Of a DNA stretch of 64,000 nt, positions 13,937 through 28,054 are shown piece by piece. The position numbers and the translations under genes are program-made. The stretch is from Amoeboaphelidium protococcarum X5. Lineage: Eukaryota; Fungi; Aphelidiomycota. Location of the stretch: positions 62,001 to 126,000 of the forward strand of contig JALDTO010000200.1 of assembly GCA_023515725.1 (NCBI GenBank), in the 5' to 3' direction. Each line of letters starts with the position of its first letter. The stretch's first letter is position 1. The notes beneath the pieces were generated by a model. It did no database searches and was not told the DNA's origin. It saw only the letters and a program-made list of their open reading frames with translations.

Positions 13937-14301
13937 AAGTAGAAGTATAATTTTAGATGCATCTAGGGCGCCAACTTATCAGATACTTCCAGGTAAATGG
14001 CAACCACAATACACCGTTGCCAAAAGGGTTACCAATCACTCAAATGCATAATTTGCGCAATTTAGGCTTCATAGTTACAGGCAATAGGCAGTCCAACGTC
14101 ACTAAGGCAAAAGTTAACACTGATGAATGATTGCAGAGGTAAAATATCATATACATGTGCTACTATGAGTTTAAGATAACATTCCTTCGTTAAAGCTACT
14201 TACAAGACGCCAGTCTCTTACTTGGTACACTTTATTTTCAATTTTTCCATTACTTCTTCACCCAAGACGGAGATATAACAGATTTCTTTTATTACTGATA
14301 G

Positions 14302-15544
14302 ATGGAGTCATTATACGAGTGGTTCAGTTAGAATGGTGCATGGTACGATACTGAGGCTATTGAGTTCATATCAGATAGTGGTTAGTGTGGAGTATTTGCC
14401 AGACGCGACCTGAATTAAGATGAAGTCGGTAAGGCTAAGCTTTATGCAGCGATACATATCATTGTATTTATTGTCCTTTGTAGTGTGTAAAATCAATAAG
14501 TATGCCGTAATATCCCCAAAGACTAGTGATTTGCGGCGAGTGTTTGATACCGAAGATATACATGGTGTGATAAGACTGGCGGTAGTGTTGATGTACGAAT
14601 TTTCATTGGGAGAGTAATCACGCTATTACGCGTATCTCCAGTCTTTACCGCAGATGGAAGCAAATTTGCCTATCCTATGGACTCAGGACTTTGTCGCATA
14701 ATATGGCCGGGAATACCAGTTAGCACTGGATGCTCTATAATGCTCCGAGTTGAATAATGATAAGCTTCATGGTGAGAGGCGAAGTTTGCTACAGGACTAT
14801 GAGTAGATTGTTGAGCCTCTGTTCAAAAAGTATCCCAAGTATTTCAAATGTCGTAAATATTTCAATTTTTAATAGTTTGTGCGCTGCAGTTCTCTAGTAT
14901 CATCCAGATGCTTCTATGTTGATGATCATCTTCAAGATTGTATGGTTCCCATGGCTGACCTCTTCAATCACAAATCTGCTGCAGAGAATGTTCATCTAGA
15001 GACTGAGAATGTGAGATTGTCAAAGGTTTATAACCACAGCTCTAATATAATTGATATGAGAATTGTGCGACCGGTATAGAAAGGATGTGAAGTGTTTAAT
15101 ACGTACGGAGATAAGGACAATGTTTAACTATTTTGCAATTATGGCTTTACTGAACGCGACAATCCATTTGATGCAGTCACCATTCGATTGAGTGATGTTA
15201 TGCTATTGGATGGCGCCTAGTATGAATAGACTCTAAGTCAATTCTGTGATGATGATGATAGTGTGGTTCGCGTTAAGTCTGATGGAACTTTGAAGCTATC
15301 TAAAAAGGTTAGAAATGCAATTGCGTAGTGTGACCAAGTTTTATCTCAATATAGTGTTGACGTTGATCAAATGCTGATGGCTTATATAACGCGCAAATGT
15401 GACTAAATGTCGCTCCAGATGCATAAGTTTGATTAAATGGATTCAACATTGATTAACGGACCTCCTCTGCTGTTTGTCCATAATCTGCTAAATAGTCACC
15501 ATTTAATTCTTCTTAAATATCTTCAAAGATTGCGTTAATCATGA
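14302..15544 (+). CDS. SET-domain protein lysine methyltransferase (SETD6/Rkm-like); intron 14429-14483
   Basis: Motifs GVFARRDL, YYAYLQSLP, MVPMADLFNH, EVFNTYG, LFCNYGF. A GT..AG intron restores the frame. Confidence 0.88.
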
Positions 15545-15773
15545 TTTAATATTAAAAGAGTTAAAATCAAATAGGTACACAATGTTGAGTTACGTGCTTT
15601 CACTTGAGTGACAATCTCCCTCGCTTTCTCCACTGAAGCAAAATCAGCCTCTTTGAAGCACAGCAGACGCGCTCGTCGTTCGTTCTGCAAAATTCCATTC
15701 ATTTGAAGCACTTGGAGTCTATCTTAATTTCAATTAATCAAGCAAGCAGCTCGTGATAGAAATTTTTAATATA

Positions 15774-17554
15774 ATGGCATAGGAAATGGCTTCATCATCA
15801 ACACAATCTAGTAGCACCTAGAGTTCCGGTGCAAGTAAGAGTCAGAGCGGAACATTTAAGGACAAAGAGAAGCCTACTGAGGTGCGTCTGAGTAACATCA
15901 TTGCAGCTAAAGGTAAATTAACTGTTATACTGCTGGTCTAATAATTACGCGCTATAATTATACTTTTGTTTCTTTATATTTGTAGCTGTCGCTGATGCTG
16001 TACGTACCAGTCTTGGACCTCGTGGTATGGACAAGATGATTTAGACTGGAAGTGGCCAAGTGTTGATTACCAATGATGGTGCCACTATCCTGAAGCACAT
16101 GGCTGTCATTCATCCGGCGGCGAAGATGGTAAGTATATAGCTATTGATTACATTATTTTAACCGCTACTTGCAATCTTTACGTGACTAAATGAATGTGTA
16201 GTTGGTCGATCTGAGTGCAGCGCAAGATGTTGAGGCTGGAGACGGTACAACGAGTGTTGTGGTTCTAGCTGGTTCTCTGTTGAGTTAGGCGCAAAAGTTG
16301 CTGAATCGCAATATTCATCCAACAACCATTGCTGAGTCGTTCCAGAAGGCTTCCGTGAAAGCTGTGGAAATTCTGAATGAAATGTCTGTAAAGTTGGACC
16401 TGAGTGATCGCGAATCCCTGCTCAAGTCTGCTACGACTTCACTGAATTCCAAGGTTGTATCACAGTACTCATCCCTATTTGCACCTATTGCCGTGGATGC
16501 TGTGATGCAAGTTATCGATCCAGCCACCTCGACAAATGTCGATCTGAATGATGTCCGCATTGTGCAAAAGGTTGGCGGTACTATTGACGATACGGAACTT
16601 GTGCCTGGCCTGGTCCTGACTCAGAGTGCTATCAAGAGTGCCGGTGGCCCTAGTAGAGTGGAGAAGGCCAAAATTGCGCTTATCCAATTCCAACTGTCTC
16701 CACCAAAGCCAGATATGGATAATCAGATCGTGGTGAATGATTATCGCCAGATGGATAAGATTCTTAAGGAGGAGCGCCAGTACATCCTGAACATTTGTAA
16801 GAAGATCAAGAAGTCTGGCGCTAATGTTCTACTGATCTAGAAGAGTATCTTGAGAGATGCTGTCAATGATCTGTCTCTTCACTTTCTGTCCAAGCTCAAG
16901 ATTATGGCTGTGAAGGAGATTGAACGTGATGAAGTGGAGTTTATCTGCAAATCACTGGGCTGCAAACCTATTGCAGATATTGATAATTTCACTGAGGACA
17001 AGTTGGGATCTGCAGAGTTGGTGGAGGAAGTGCAGTCAGATGGAGCAAAAGTTGTAAAAGTTACCGGCATTAAGTAGGCACCAAAGACTGTATCTATTCT
17101 GGTACGTGGTGCCAACAAGCTAGTCCTTGAGGAGGCTGAAAGATCTCTGCATGATGCGCTGTGTGTCATTCGCTGCCTGGTGAAAAACAAGGCATTGATC
17201 GCTGGTGGAGGTGCTCCAGAGATTGAAATTGCGTACCAGCTGTCTGCATACGCAAAGAGCCTAACCGGTATGGAGGCACAATGCGTGGAGGCTTTCGCTC
17301 AAGCTCTGGAGATTGTGCCAGTGACTTTGGCAGAAAATGCCGGTCTGGATCCAATACAGATTGTCACAGAATTGCGCAATAAGCACGCATAAGGAGAAAA
17401 ATCTGCTGGAATCAACGTCCGCAAAGGCGTCGTCACTAATATTCTGGAAGAGAATGTAATCCAACCACTCCTGGTGTCTGTCAGTTCAGTGCAATTAGCC
17501 TCTGAGTGTGTGAGGATGATCCTTAAAATTGACGACATTGTATAAGGTCGTTGA
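15774..17554 (+). CDS. CCT4: Chaperonin CCT delta subunit; introns 15913-15985 and 16129-16201
   Basis: [25 protein letters not shown](TAG=Q), [40 protein letters not shown]. Ends [11 protein letters not shown] then TGA. Confidence 0.97.
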
Positions 17555-17665
17555 TCAATTGCTTAAGAGTATTGGAATGATAAAACTTTATAATTCTCAA
17601 TAATGAAAACTGATAATTACATATTATTACTATTATCCAGTTGTTTTCATAACTAATATCTATAA

Positions 17666-18238
17666 TCAGTAGTCATAATCAATGCCAGCTTCAGCCAATT
17701 TAGACTTCAGAGCCTCCTTCTTCTACTGAAGCTTAGCGAGCCTTAATTGGACGCGCTCATCAGTGAGCTCTTGCTCATTCATCTTCTAACACTTCTTCTC
17801 ATCAATCTTCAGGCTGGTGGTAGGGAACGCATCATATCTTCTGCTGCATCCAATCCAGATATCCGGATGCAATTTGCTCTGATCCAACAATTTCACTTGC
17901 AACAGCTTGCCCATGATCAGATAGTTGTGCATCGTGTCAACCACCACCTGTGCAGTGTCTTTGGTCTTAAACTCTACAAATCCGTATCCTCTGCATCGAC
18001 CGGTTCTCTTGCTTCTACTCAATCTTAAACGCGTCACATCGCCAAACTATTTAAAGTACGCACGCATTTCCTTCTCATAGAACCCATGCGGAATATGTCC
18101 CACGTAGATGGTGGCGCGGTCCTTGTATATCTTGTAGCTCTTCTTTTCGCTCTTACTACCATCACTGCTCTTACTACTAGTCTACAGCGACTATTATTCT
18201 TACTAAGGCTATTCACTCTATACTTTAATTTCAGTCAT
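17666..18238 (-). CDS. NOP15: Nucleolar RRM protein Nop15/NIFK
   Basis: IYVGHIPHGFYEKEMRAYFK(TAG=Q)FGDVTRLRLSRSKRTGRCRGYGFVEF..TMHNYLIMGKLL. Ends KLAEAGIDYDY. Confidence 0.92.
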
Positions 18239-18447
18239 CTTTTATTTTCGCAATTTTCACACTGAACTTTTTTTTATACCGAAAGGGAAGGGGATTTGAT
18301 CTGGCAAGACAAGGCGAGGAAACGCGCGACTAAATTCAGAGGCAAAACAAGAACGGAGATATATAAGAACATTACACTTAAAAAAATATTAGCGATATTG
18401 AATAAAATGACTACTAAGCTCTAGTATCATAATGGCAAAGAAGCAAA

Positions 18448-20214
18448 TCATAAGCGCTCATAAGTAAGCCATCTCTCCAGTTTAAATACTTGACGAGACA
18501 ACGATTACGGTAGCCATCCTTTGGACTTTAATCCTAAAAGTACCAGCAGGATTATCCATATACCGGTCACTGCGGTGGCAATCCAACCAAGCAGATCTTT
18601 ATATGCTCCGTATGCAGTACTTTGATGTTGGAAGATGGGCATATAAGTCTCATACATGGTAAAATTATGTGCGATGGTAGCTTTCTCTGACTGAACTTTG
18701 TAAAAGGCGTCATAAACTCCAGAATATCCACCCTTGGCACATCTGAGCAGAGTGAATCCATTCTACACGGCAGTCAACCTGTTCATCTGGGTGTGCATTG
18801 GAACAGATGGGCCAAACTCTGCGGCAGGCTACAGCATAACATCCACCTTGTGATCAGAGCTCTGTACAATATCATAGAAATCGTAATCATAACCAATGCT
18901 GGCGCCCACGCGTCCAAATGGTGTATCAAAGTATGGGAGTCGCCACTTCTGGCCGCTGTTGTAATCATTGTGAATTAAAGGCAGTGGGTGAGCCATTTCA
19001 TAGATGAACGCAATTCTGGCCTCATCCTCATAACTATTACCGAGCATACTACCAGGAGGCAGGGTGGACTTTGACGGTACAACGAACGCCAACTTGCTAG
19101 TACTAGGCTACTTGTATGCGGATAGGGTGTACGATACAGCCAAATACACACCATAACGATCACTAATCTTTCTGATCTCATGTAGAACGTCAGACTCGTT
19201 TCTCAGTGCAGGTTAATCTCCAATGGTGGTTTACGCAGAGTCAAATGCCCACATTACTAGATGATTAGTAGCTACATTTTACTAAATCTGCTGACGTGCG
19301 CTGAGATAATATTCAAGATGACTTCTATTGTACCTGGACATACATGTAACATCCAAGTATTGAGGAGCATATTCCGATATCGGCTTCTAATACATTACAT
19401 AAGAAGGTGCATAATACTAGTAAATCCACCCAAATGAATGCAGAAATACGAGTAGATATAGCACCCAGTACATAGGATGACGTATATAGGGCCTCCTACT
19501 AAACACAGACTATCCAGCGCCACCAATAGGCTCATAGCCAAGTACACGATCACGCGACATGATCTGCACCTTGAATATATATATCAGACTAGACACAATG
19601 AGAGCAATAATAAAACTTCCGCCTCCATATGCACCAAACCACCAGGTAGTGCCCACAGTCAGTGGATCTACGCCGAGCAAGTACAAGGCATATCCCTGAT
19701 TCCCAAAGACTCCAAATGGACTCACATGTGCCACTATAGTCCATAACGCGCACCATAACATTGGAAAGGTGAGAAACACTTCAATCCAAGGGTGATGCGC
19801 TCGAATAGTATTGGCAATAACACGATCTAGACTGAGGAATACGCCACTGACCAGTGACAGCAATAAGACAATTCCAAACATCGGACCGGCACTTTCTGGC
19901 TCCCATAGACTACCAAATTAGAAAGCGCCAACATACGCGAGAAATTGTCCAAATATAACAGCTGGCACTGCACAAAGCCACACACTCAAAATAGACGGAG
20001 CACTACGACAAAATAGAACAAGCAGCACCATGGTGGGGATGATCAAAGGCCCAACAGGTTAATATCCAACGCCGAACATCATCAGTACGGTGAGTAGCGC
20101 AAACACCAGCAGATGTGTAACAATGTGACTCCATCTCCTCCGCCTAATAATCCTATTAGATAGCCTATGAAAGACACCTTGATATATTTCCACATAATCT
20201 TGATTCATCATCAT
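18448..20214 (-). CDS. Apolipoprotein N-acyltransferase (Lnt)-like multi-TM protein with nitrilase-fold domain; catalytic triad altered
   Basis: N-terminal TM helices, SPFGVFGNQGY, DTPFGRVGASIGYDYDF, VDVMLQPAAEF, AVQNGFTLLRCAKGGYSGVYD, C-terminal TM. Confidence 0.78.
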
Positions 20215-20654
20215 TATTTACTCGCTCACTCACTCACTCCCTTTACCTATTTCAAAATACAATTCGAATTTAGAGAGGTAGTAGATACAAACCACAAATA
20301 TTAACAGTGATGTGGTGATATATCTAATGAATACGACTCAACTGAACCTCCGCTCTGTATGCTTCAAGCACAGTGTGATGAAATTAGCTAACAAATCGCG
20401 AGAAATCACCACTGAGAAAATGATGGAAATAACGTCGCATTCATCAAAGGCGATCTAAACGCGCGTTTTCCTGTTAGCATTGTAACTGTAGATAACTGTA
20501 GAAAGAGAAACAACGGAGAATGAGACTGTCAAATACTGTAGATTTACCATTAGTGTTTCGTGCATACACAAGACCATATCATGGAATTATAGCTGTATAC
20601 TCGAAACTATCGATTTTATAATTTAAAGAAATTCATAACTTAAACTATAAAAGT

Positions 20655-21998
20655 TCATTTGGGAACACGCTTCAAAGCATTCAGTAGCCATAGAGAGACC
20701 GTGAGAAGGGTGAGGGAGCCGGCTTGATGCGCAGCGGCCAAAGGAATAGGGACAAGCCACAGTAGAGTGGTAATTCCCAGCGTCACCTGTGCAAGACCAA
20801 CGCCAATCATGACACCGTATCCCGCTCTTAGACGGCCGAACTACTGCAGTACACTTGTGTGAATAGAAGTTCCTCCTCGCCTTAGTCTGCTCAAGTTAGT
20901 GGACAATACGCGTCTCCCATACACACTGGTACCCAGTAGTACGGTCAGTGTGGACATTGCCAGAAGTCTGTGATTAAACTGCACCGTGGTGGGATTTTCA
21001 AATAGATTCCTTATCACAGATCGTTTCTTGTCCACAATGTCAGAAGGTACCCAATCCGTACCCATTTTGGGGAAAGTGTTATAAATTAAACCAGCATCGA
21101 GACCGGCGACAAAAGCACCAGACAGCGCCGTCAAGAATACCATGCCTGTGGTAACACCAGTGGCTACTCGCATTCGCTTATAATCGGTAGCAGAGGTGAC
21201 TAACTTGTGTAATTGAACAGGATTTCTAGATCTGAGCACTGACAATGCAGTAACTAGACTGGCAGAGTAAATAACAAAAGCACTACCTAGATGTGCCGCC
21301 AACCTGTACTGACTAACGCGAGGATATCCGTCCAACTCCTCTTTGACAAAATCATGATCTAAGCCAGATTTGACCATGTACCAGCCCAGAAGACCTTGGA
21401 ACCCAATTAGACTTCCAATACCTAAAATTCTATTTCTCAGCGCACTTGATACGCCAAACTTCTTACTCTAAGTCAAGAAGAACGCGGCGCCTGCAATGTA
21501 ATACAACCCTATAGCTCTACCAATCATTCGGTGAATGTATTCAAACCAAAAGATCTTTTTAAATTCATCCAAAGACATGCCGCGATTAAGAACTTGATAC
21601 TCTGGACTCTGTTGATACTTGGTGAAATACTGGTTCCATTCTGTCTGACTCGATGGTGGCTTACTACCGACCAAAGACCATTCCGTCATGGACAGTCCAG
21701 ATTCAGTAAGACGCGTCAGACCGCCAACTACGACTATACCAAATACTGATACTGAAGTACCCAATAGCCAGTATCCAACTAGAGGAGATGCTGCAAATCT
21801 AGATACCGCCTTAGTCATCATTGACGGTGGTACTGAAGACAGCTTGGGTGGAATGCTATACATACTCTCCGATACTGCACTCTTCACCGCCAGACTTTCA
21901 GTACTAAAGTTACGAACTACCGTAGTGAATCTATGTTTACTGCAAAACTGCAGTTGAGACTAGATTTTATATAATCCAAGTAATCTATATCTCAACAT
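20655..21998 (-). CDS. COX15: Heme A synthase Cox15
   Basis: Mitochondrial presequence-like N-terminus. Motifs VVGGLTRLTESGLSMTEW, EFKKIFWFEYIHRMIGR, PRVSQYRLAAHL, GAFVAGLDAGLIYNTFPKMG, VQFNHR, AAAHQAGSL. Confidence 0.97.
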
Positions 21999-22363
21999 AA
22001 TAATCCAACAACAATCGTGTTTTAATGATGACGTTTAAAAGAGTGTAGAAAACGAAGAAAAGCGAAAGATCCGAGCCGATTAAAAAGCGAAGTGTTTCAA
22101 CGGCGATCTCTCCAATCAGATCAGACACCAAAAACCATGAACTTGTTCTGACTACTACGATAAAGTGATACCAAATTTGGATCAACTGATGCCAAAGATG
22201 GTAACATTTTACCTTCGATCGCTCTTCAGTTGAGCATGAAAGTATATCAAATTAGCTTTTTTCTTTTCACAACTCTCAGTTATTCCATTTATATTTAGGT
22301 AGTTATTATTGCTATATCTACGCAAATTAATATCCACTATATTTCCGTGTATACCTTAATCAT

Positions 22364-23323
22364 ATGACTGATATTAATGATGTCAATGCTATGCTCTCGT
22401 AAATCTCAATGCAGATAAGAAGACAGGATACTCACGCGTCACTCACTTCATAGATTGCATTTAATAAATAGAATCACCTGGGAGATGTTCATGAAATAAT
22501 CCTGACTGATGCTAACAGTGTGGATATGTCAGTGAAAATTATGGATTTGCGATACAAGACATCATTCTATGGCTGGATTAAGAGCGAAGATAATGTCGAT
22601 TACATTGGCAACTACTTGAAACCGCTTGTGTATGAGTACGCAGAGCAGGAGGATGGCGCAATGAGTATTTCGCGTGCTCTCACCTGGCTCATGGATGGAT
22701 GGAATATCAATGGTGTCGCCTCCCTGTTGATCAAGCTGTTCTATGAGAAGGGACTTAATTAGGAAATCTTCACCTCAGTGATGTCTCTGTATCTTCTTGG
22801 CAAAGAATGGTCTGCAATTGTTGACATTGTGGCCACACTGCTGATTGGTGAATAGGCAGGTGTCGTGTCTCTGTTTATCCACAATCTGACGCGTGAATGG
22901 TACGTAGAGGAGGTGAAGGAGTTGATTATGTGCATCGCTGTCAAGAGTAGATGGACTGAAGAGTTTGTGAGCCAGTTTCTACTTTCCCTGTGTTAATTGC
23001 GCTGTGGCGATGATAAAATGAAGATGGCAGCCATCATGGAGAAGGCCTAGGATAGGCGCGTGGCATTGAAGTTGCATGAAGCTAGCTCCACTACTACTAC
23101 TGCTGCTGCGACTAATGATTCCAAGTTATCGATCGACACCAAGAACAACTTTCTGGGATCTGCGCTCACTGACATTTTGGGACAGTCTCCAGACGCGCTG
23201 ACACCAAAGGCGACACAAAAGCCGAATATCGACGGATCTACCACTCTCAACCCATTGCATGTCAGCACAGAATCCTCTCCTCTCTCACTAAGCCCAACTT
23301 CCCCAAAGAAGTTTTCCGTGTGA
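22364..23323 (+). CDS. Hypothetical protein (helical core, S/T-rich tail)
   Basis: ATG 22364 to TGA 23321-23323 in one frame, joining ORFs 22520-22762 and 23060-23323. Confidence 0.75.
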
Positions 23324-24144
23324 TTGTAAATAATTTTTAGACTTGCATTGAAATCTATAGTGTATGCGTAAGTGATGAATAATAAACTAGATATAATAGA
23401 GATTTGTATTCGTATCCTTGACTAAGGTATCTTTCTCATCAGTTCATTTTAGCTTATCAACAAAAAATACAAATACTAATTCTGTGAGACTGCGAATATA
23501 ACGAGAAGTATTCCTTTACTGGCTAATTAACTAATTTGTTCCGTCTCCATATGTAGGTTAGTTAACGCGAAGATGTCCGCAAGAATGTTGTGATTGAACC
23601 ACTTCATAGCAACTTCTCGCGGATGTGTTAGAAACGTAATAAGTAGAAAACAAATAATAACCAATTATTTTTAATTTCTACTTCACTTGAAGAAGTAGTT
23701 TGATCACTTTTCACTGACGTTGTACGTGTTTCGTCACAACCTAACAGGATGCGTCTACTTTGGTAGGCGGTTTTGTCGATACGGGGGACGTTAAAGGCAA
23801 TGATTTGCGGAATAGTGGTTGCTTGATTTGAAATGACTTAATTAAAATCCTCTCCTGCCGTTCTCCAAATGTTGATTGTCTATCTGAAGACGCAATCCAT
23901 TCTAACCACACGATAAAGACGAAATGTATCATGAAACCGATTTCTCGGACCTCTCTGTCCATCCATAGTTACGATCGAATTTGATGAAATGTTCACAAAT
24001 CTCAACAGGCGTGGCTGCAGATGGTTGCGAAGGAGGCCATTTTTAGCTTCACGACCGTGAGAATTCCATGGTAATAACTCACACGTGCACGTAGTGACGA
24101 GACAATGTAGCATCTTATTCATTATTATCCCATACATACACGCA

Positions 24145-24742
24145 ATGAATAGCGCAAGTTTTTGGAAAATTTTAGCTGCTGCAATCCTTAACATCTGCAT
24201 CTGCATAGCTACCTTCGACTACTAGCCTTCCACCCTCCCCTTCAGTTGGCACAACAACTACACCCACACCGACTAACAAGAACAATTATACTTCTACGTT
24301 AATGTTATCTGGTATCGTTGGCGTGTTTGTTCGCGATGAATCATCACTGACGGCCTTATGCAATGTCACAAATGATTGTAATTATATTTGCCAGACCAAA
24401 TATCAAGTAACTACGAATGTGTCAGTCGTTTCGTTTAAGCCAGTAGTAACAACGCCACCGGGTTGCGCATGCTTAAATTACAATGGATCGAAAAAGCCAA
24501 ATACAAAGCCATTCACAGTTCAAGAAGATACTCCTGGCAGGTTACTCTCGGCAACTGAAAATGGCACCAAATTGAGAATCGTTACGACAAGTGGAAATCT
24601 TACCTGCTCAGCTGATTATGTTTGCGAAGGCTCTTGCAAAATAGTAAATGACGCCTCAAATGATAAGTCAGGAGGCTACCTCGCTACGGTGGAGGTTCTA
24701 TTCTCCGCAATGTTGGTGTTGCTATCAATAATCGCCATGTGA
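24145..24742 (+). pseudogene. Cys-rich secreted/GPI-type protein with a 1-nt frameshift near 24190 (pseudogene or assembly error)
   Basis: MNSASFWKILAAAIL in one frame joins TSASAQLPSTTSLPPSPSVG..MLSGIVG in the next frame if one A is removed. Cys-rich body and hydrophobic C-terminus LFSAMLVLLSIIAM. Confidence 0.6.
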
Positions 24743-25506
24743 CAGGATCAACACAAAAGGCACTCTTTTTCCCACGCGGTTTTGACGAGGCCTTATGGTT
24801 ACTAAAGAATTGATGTTTTAATTGATGTTCTCCTAATTGATGTTCAATCAACGTCTGCAGATAATTGTCAATCTTACGACTTCAACGACATCGTCGGATG
24901 CAACATAGAACCATACATATCGTTTTCCACTGCTCCTGTTTGTACATTTTACTTGCACCGAAGAATGGCACGCAGCAATTGTCTCACATCATCTTCATCT
25001 CTTTTAGTTTTCATCCAAGAAAAAGATAAAGTTGCTTAATAATCAGCTGCAGTGCTGCCATTCACGCTTTTTTATTGATGCTACAAGCTACAAGAAACAG
25101 TGATAGATATGTCAACATTTCATATTGGTTACGATTGGAGATAAGTGGCCAAAATAGTCTTGTACGTGACTAATTCTTCTGCATAAAAACGGTTAACAAG
25201 CAAACTATAGAGCGTATATTAGTTCGAAGCATTTGAAAGCACACTGGAATATCCCGTCGACATATTGTAATAGCGCGATTGCTTCGTAACGTAGAAAATA
25301 TGATTGACAATAGAATTATAAAAATCAGAGCCACTTAGCATGCTGCTTACAGTACATGGTTAAATAGCAATATATATATTGATCAGATTCATACTTGGAG
25401 CAATTGCGTAAAAAAGTATAACAACCTTAAATGTTGATCTGTAACACACCGTTTTTCATTATCAGTTCTCTTATCTTAGCCTTCATATCATTTTCGCTTA
25501 TTACGA

Positions 25507-26201
25507 TCATTTTTGAGCTTATATTCTTTATAGCTCTAATGATCTAAGTATGTATTTTCCTGTGATATCAGCTTCAAAGTTGATCAACTCACCAACCTGC
25601 TTCTAGCTCAATGCAACGTTTGTCTGAGTGTAAGGGATCAGCATGATTGAAAATTGGCGCTTGAAGTCATCAATGCTGCAGACAGTGAGCGAAATTCCAT
25701 CCAACGATACATATCCCTTCTAGACCACCAAACTCAACCAAGAGTCAGTTGAGAATTAGAAGGTCATCCATAGAGCTTAACCATCATCGCGTCTGTCCAC
25801 CAGCTCAACCGTAGCATCTACGTGTCCTTGCACGATATGACCGCCAAATCTAGCATCGACACTCATGGATCGTTCCAAATTGACGCGCGATCCTTCGACC
25901 AGCTGGCCCAAATTAGTCCTTCTCAGTGTCTCTAAACTGGCCACCACATCAAATGATTCCGCGGTGAAACTTGTTACAGTCAGGCAGGTACCTACAATTA
26001 ATGCGTATGTTCGATAGAGAAAGTAATCAGCGACTACAATGCGATATGTTTCAAAATCTCACCGTTCACAGCAATAGAGTCACCTAGCTTTACCTTCTCC
26101 AGAACCAATGAGCATTGTATAGTCAAAGTTTTCTCACCCGTCCCAGGTGTTTCTTTCACTTATCGCACCACTCCTATCTCTTCCACCAGGCCAGTAAACA
26201 T
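25507..26201 (-). CDS. RIB5: Riboflavin synthase (alpha chain); intron 25992-26062
   Basis: MFTGLVEEIG, GDSIAVNG/TCLTV, VNLERSM, RFGGHIVQGHVD, KGYVSLDGISLTV. Confidence 0.96.
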
Positions 26202-26324
26202 TTTCTTTACTGATTTTTTGTAAAGTTGAAATTAGATTTTCTTGCTCAAAGAAAGTTTAATCCTTGATCACATTAACATTAACCTCTTTGTGAATTAACC
26301 AGTTCATAACAAAAGTACTGTACT

Positions 26325-27934
26325 ATGAAATTTGCTGTCGATGAGGATGATATTATTGTAGAGGATAATGGAAGGTATTTCATATAGTGATGGTCCGTAA
26401 ACTATTAACACTGTAGTTATCGATGTGTTATTGTAGGTGGGAATAGGATCTTTTGAAGCTGCGTTAATAACTGGAAGATGATGAAGAGTAGCATCGACTG
26501 CGAAGGTTAAGAAGATCTTATGTTAGACATACTAGATCATCGCCTGTCAAGTCTACCGTTCTAATGTCCAGCATTAAGGTGGCTACTAAGCAAGAAGAAG
26601 ATATTTACGATCTTCTAAGCACTAAGCTGAGAGAATTAGACTTGCAATACCGTCGACACACTTCCGTGGCTCATAGTGGAAGTGCTCGATCAGATTTACG
26701 GTCATCATAGTCTACTTTATTAGAAGCGTAAAGGTCAAACGTTGCTAAACATAATAATCGCAAGCCAGAGTAATCGGTAGAAGATTAGTAATGGAAGTAA
26801 AAGAGGTTGGAACGCGATGCATTAATTTAAGAAGCTCTTTTAAAGGCTTAGGAACGAGATTTAGAGTTGAAGAGGTAGTTGTAAGCAAAGGAGAAGGAGA
26901 GGTTGGCGTTAGAGAAGAAGCGTTAGGAAGAGGAAGCTGCCAAATTGATCAAGTAAAAGGAGGCTGAGGCAGCTGAACAACAGAGATTATTGTAAGAGAA
27001 GTAGATGGAAAGTATGCCTTATCATGGCCCTGACGATGTGTTGTAATAGTATCAGTAGTATCTAGATCTTGTGCTCAACGTCAAAAAAGTACTCAAGCCT
27101 CAGATTGACAGTAATAGACAGATGGCCAATGAAGCAAGACGATATAGAATGCAGATTACAGTGAAAACTGGAGCTGTTGTTAATTCCAAGTCTCATATTA
27201 GATAATTCTATCAGGATCTGAATGATATGTTCAGTAAAGCTAAGCAAGTGTCCCCAGAGCTGTTGTACCCGTATCTGCTTGAAGCATTTGCTAAAGCTGT
27301 CACAACGCAAGCCATGCGAGAGGTTAGCGTGAATCTAAGTAAAGCTTTCCCGCTTGCTGCATTAATCCAACTAATGCTTTGTGAACATCCACTCCTGCTC
27401 CAGTATCTCCTTGGTAAAATGTTTAAAAAGTGTATATATGTCGTTCCTGCTTATGCCAGACGTCTGCCTTCAGATTAGAATGGCGATGATGATCTCCGCG
27501 CCAGGATGCGAATGAAGAAAGTTGATGGTAAATGGGAGTCTGATGCTTAATACCAGGAGAGAATGGCCGGTATCGTAGCTTTATTCACAACCATTACAGT
27601 TGTAGATCCAACCTAATTCACTTTAAATGTCTCTAATCCTGCGCAGCTATCATTGAAGGACTTATGGTCATATATGGCGCGTCTGCTTAATTAGACTCCT
27701 CGCAAAATTACTCCTTATCTGCTGGAGATTGCTCTTAAGTTGGGTGGACATCAGTTAATACGCACCTATGGTTAGCAAGCTCACAAGCTGATACAATTCA
27801 TAGACAAGGATTATATGTCAAGAATAAAGTCTGAAGGAACTGAAGCTGCCAAGACGCGATTATAGTTGCTGCTTGAAGATTACAGGCGCTAATAAAGGAT
27901 ACCTGCGCATGAAGGTGCTCAATTCAGAGATTGA
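26325..27934 (+). CDS. GLE1: mRNA export factor Gle1; intron 26375-26436
   Basis: Charged coiled coil followed by a GLE1 domain: KKCIYVVP, KWESDAQYQERMAGIVALF, WSYMARLLN, YGQQAHKLIQFI. Confidence 0.88.
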
Positions 27935-28054
27935 AGTATCTCCATCTCAATGTAAATTCATAAAAAGTATCACGGCGAGTATCAATACTAAGTAAAACTC
28001 AAGAAAAGTGAAATACGTGAGATATATTAGCAATATGTATTTGATATGGTATAA

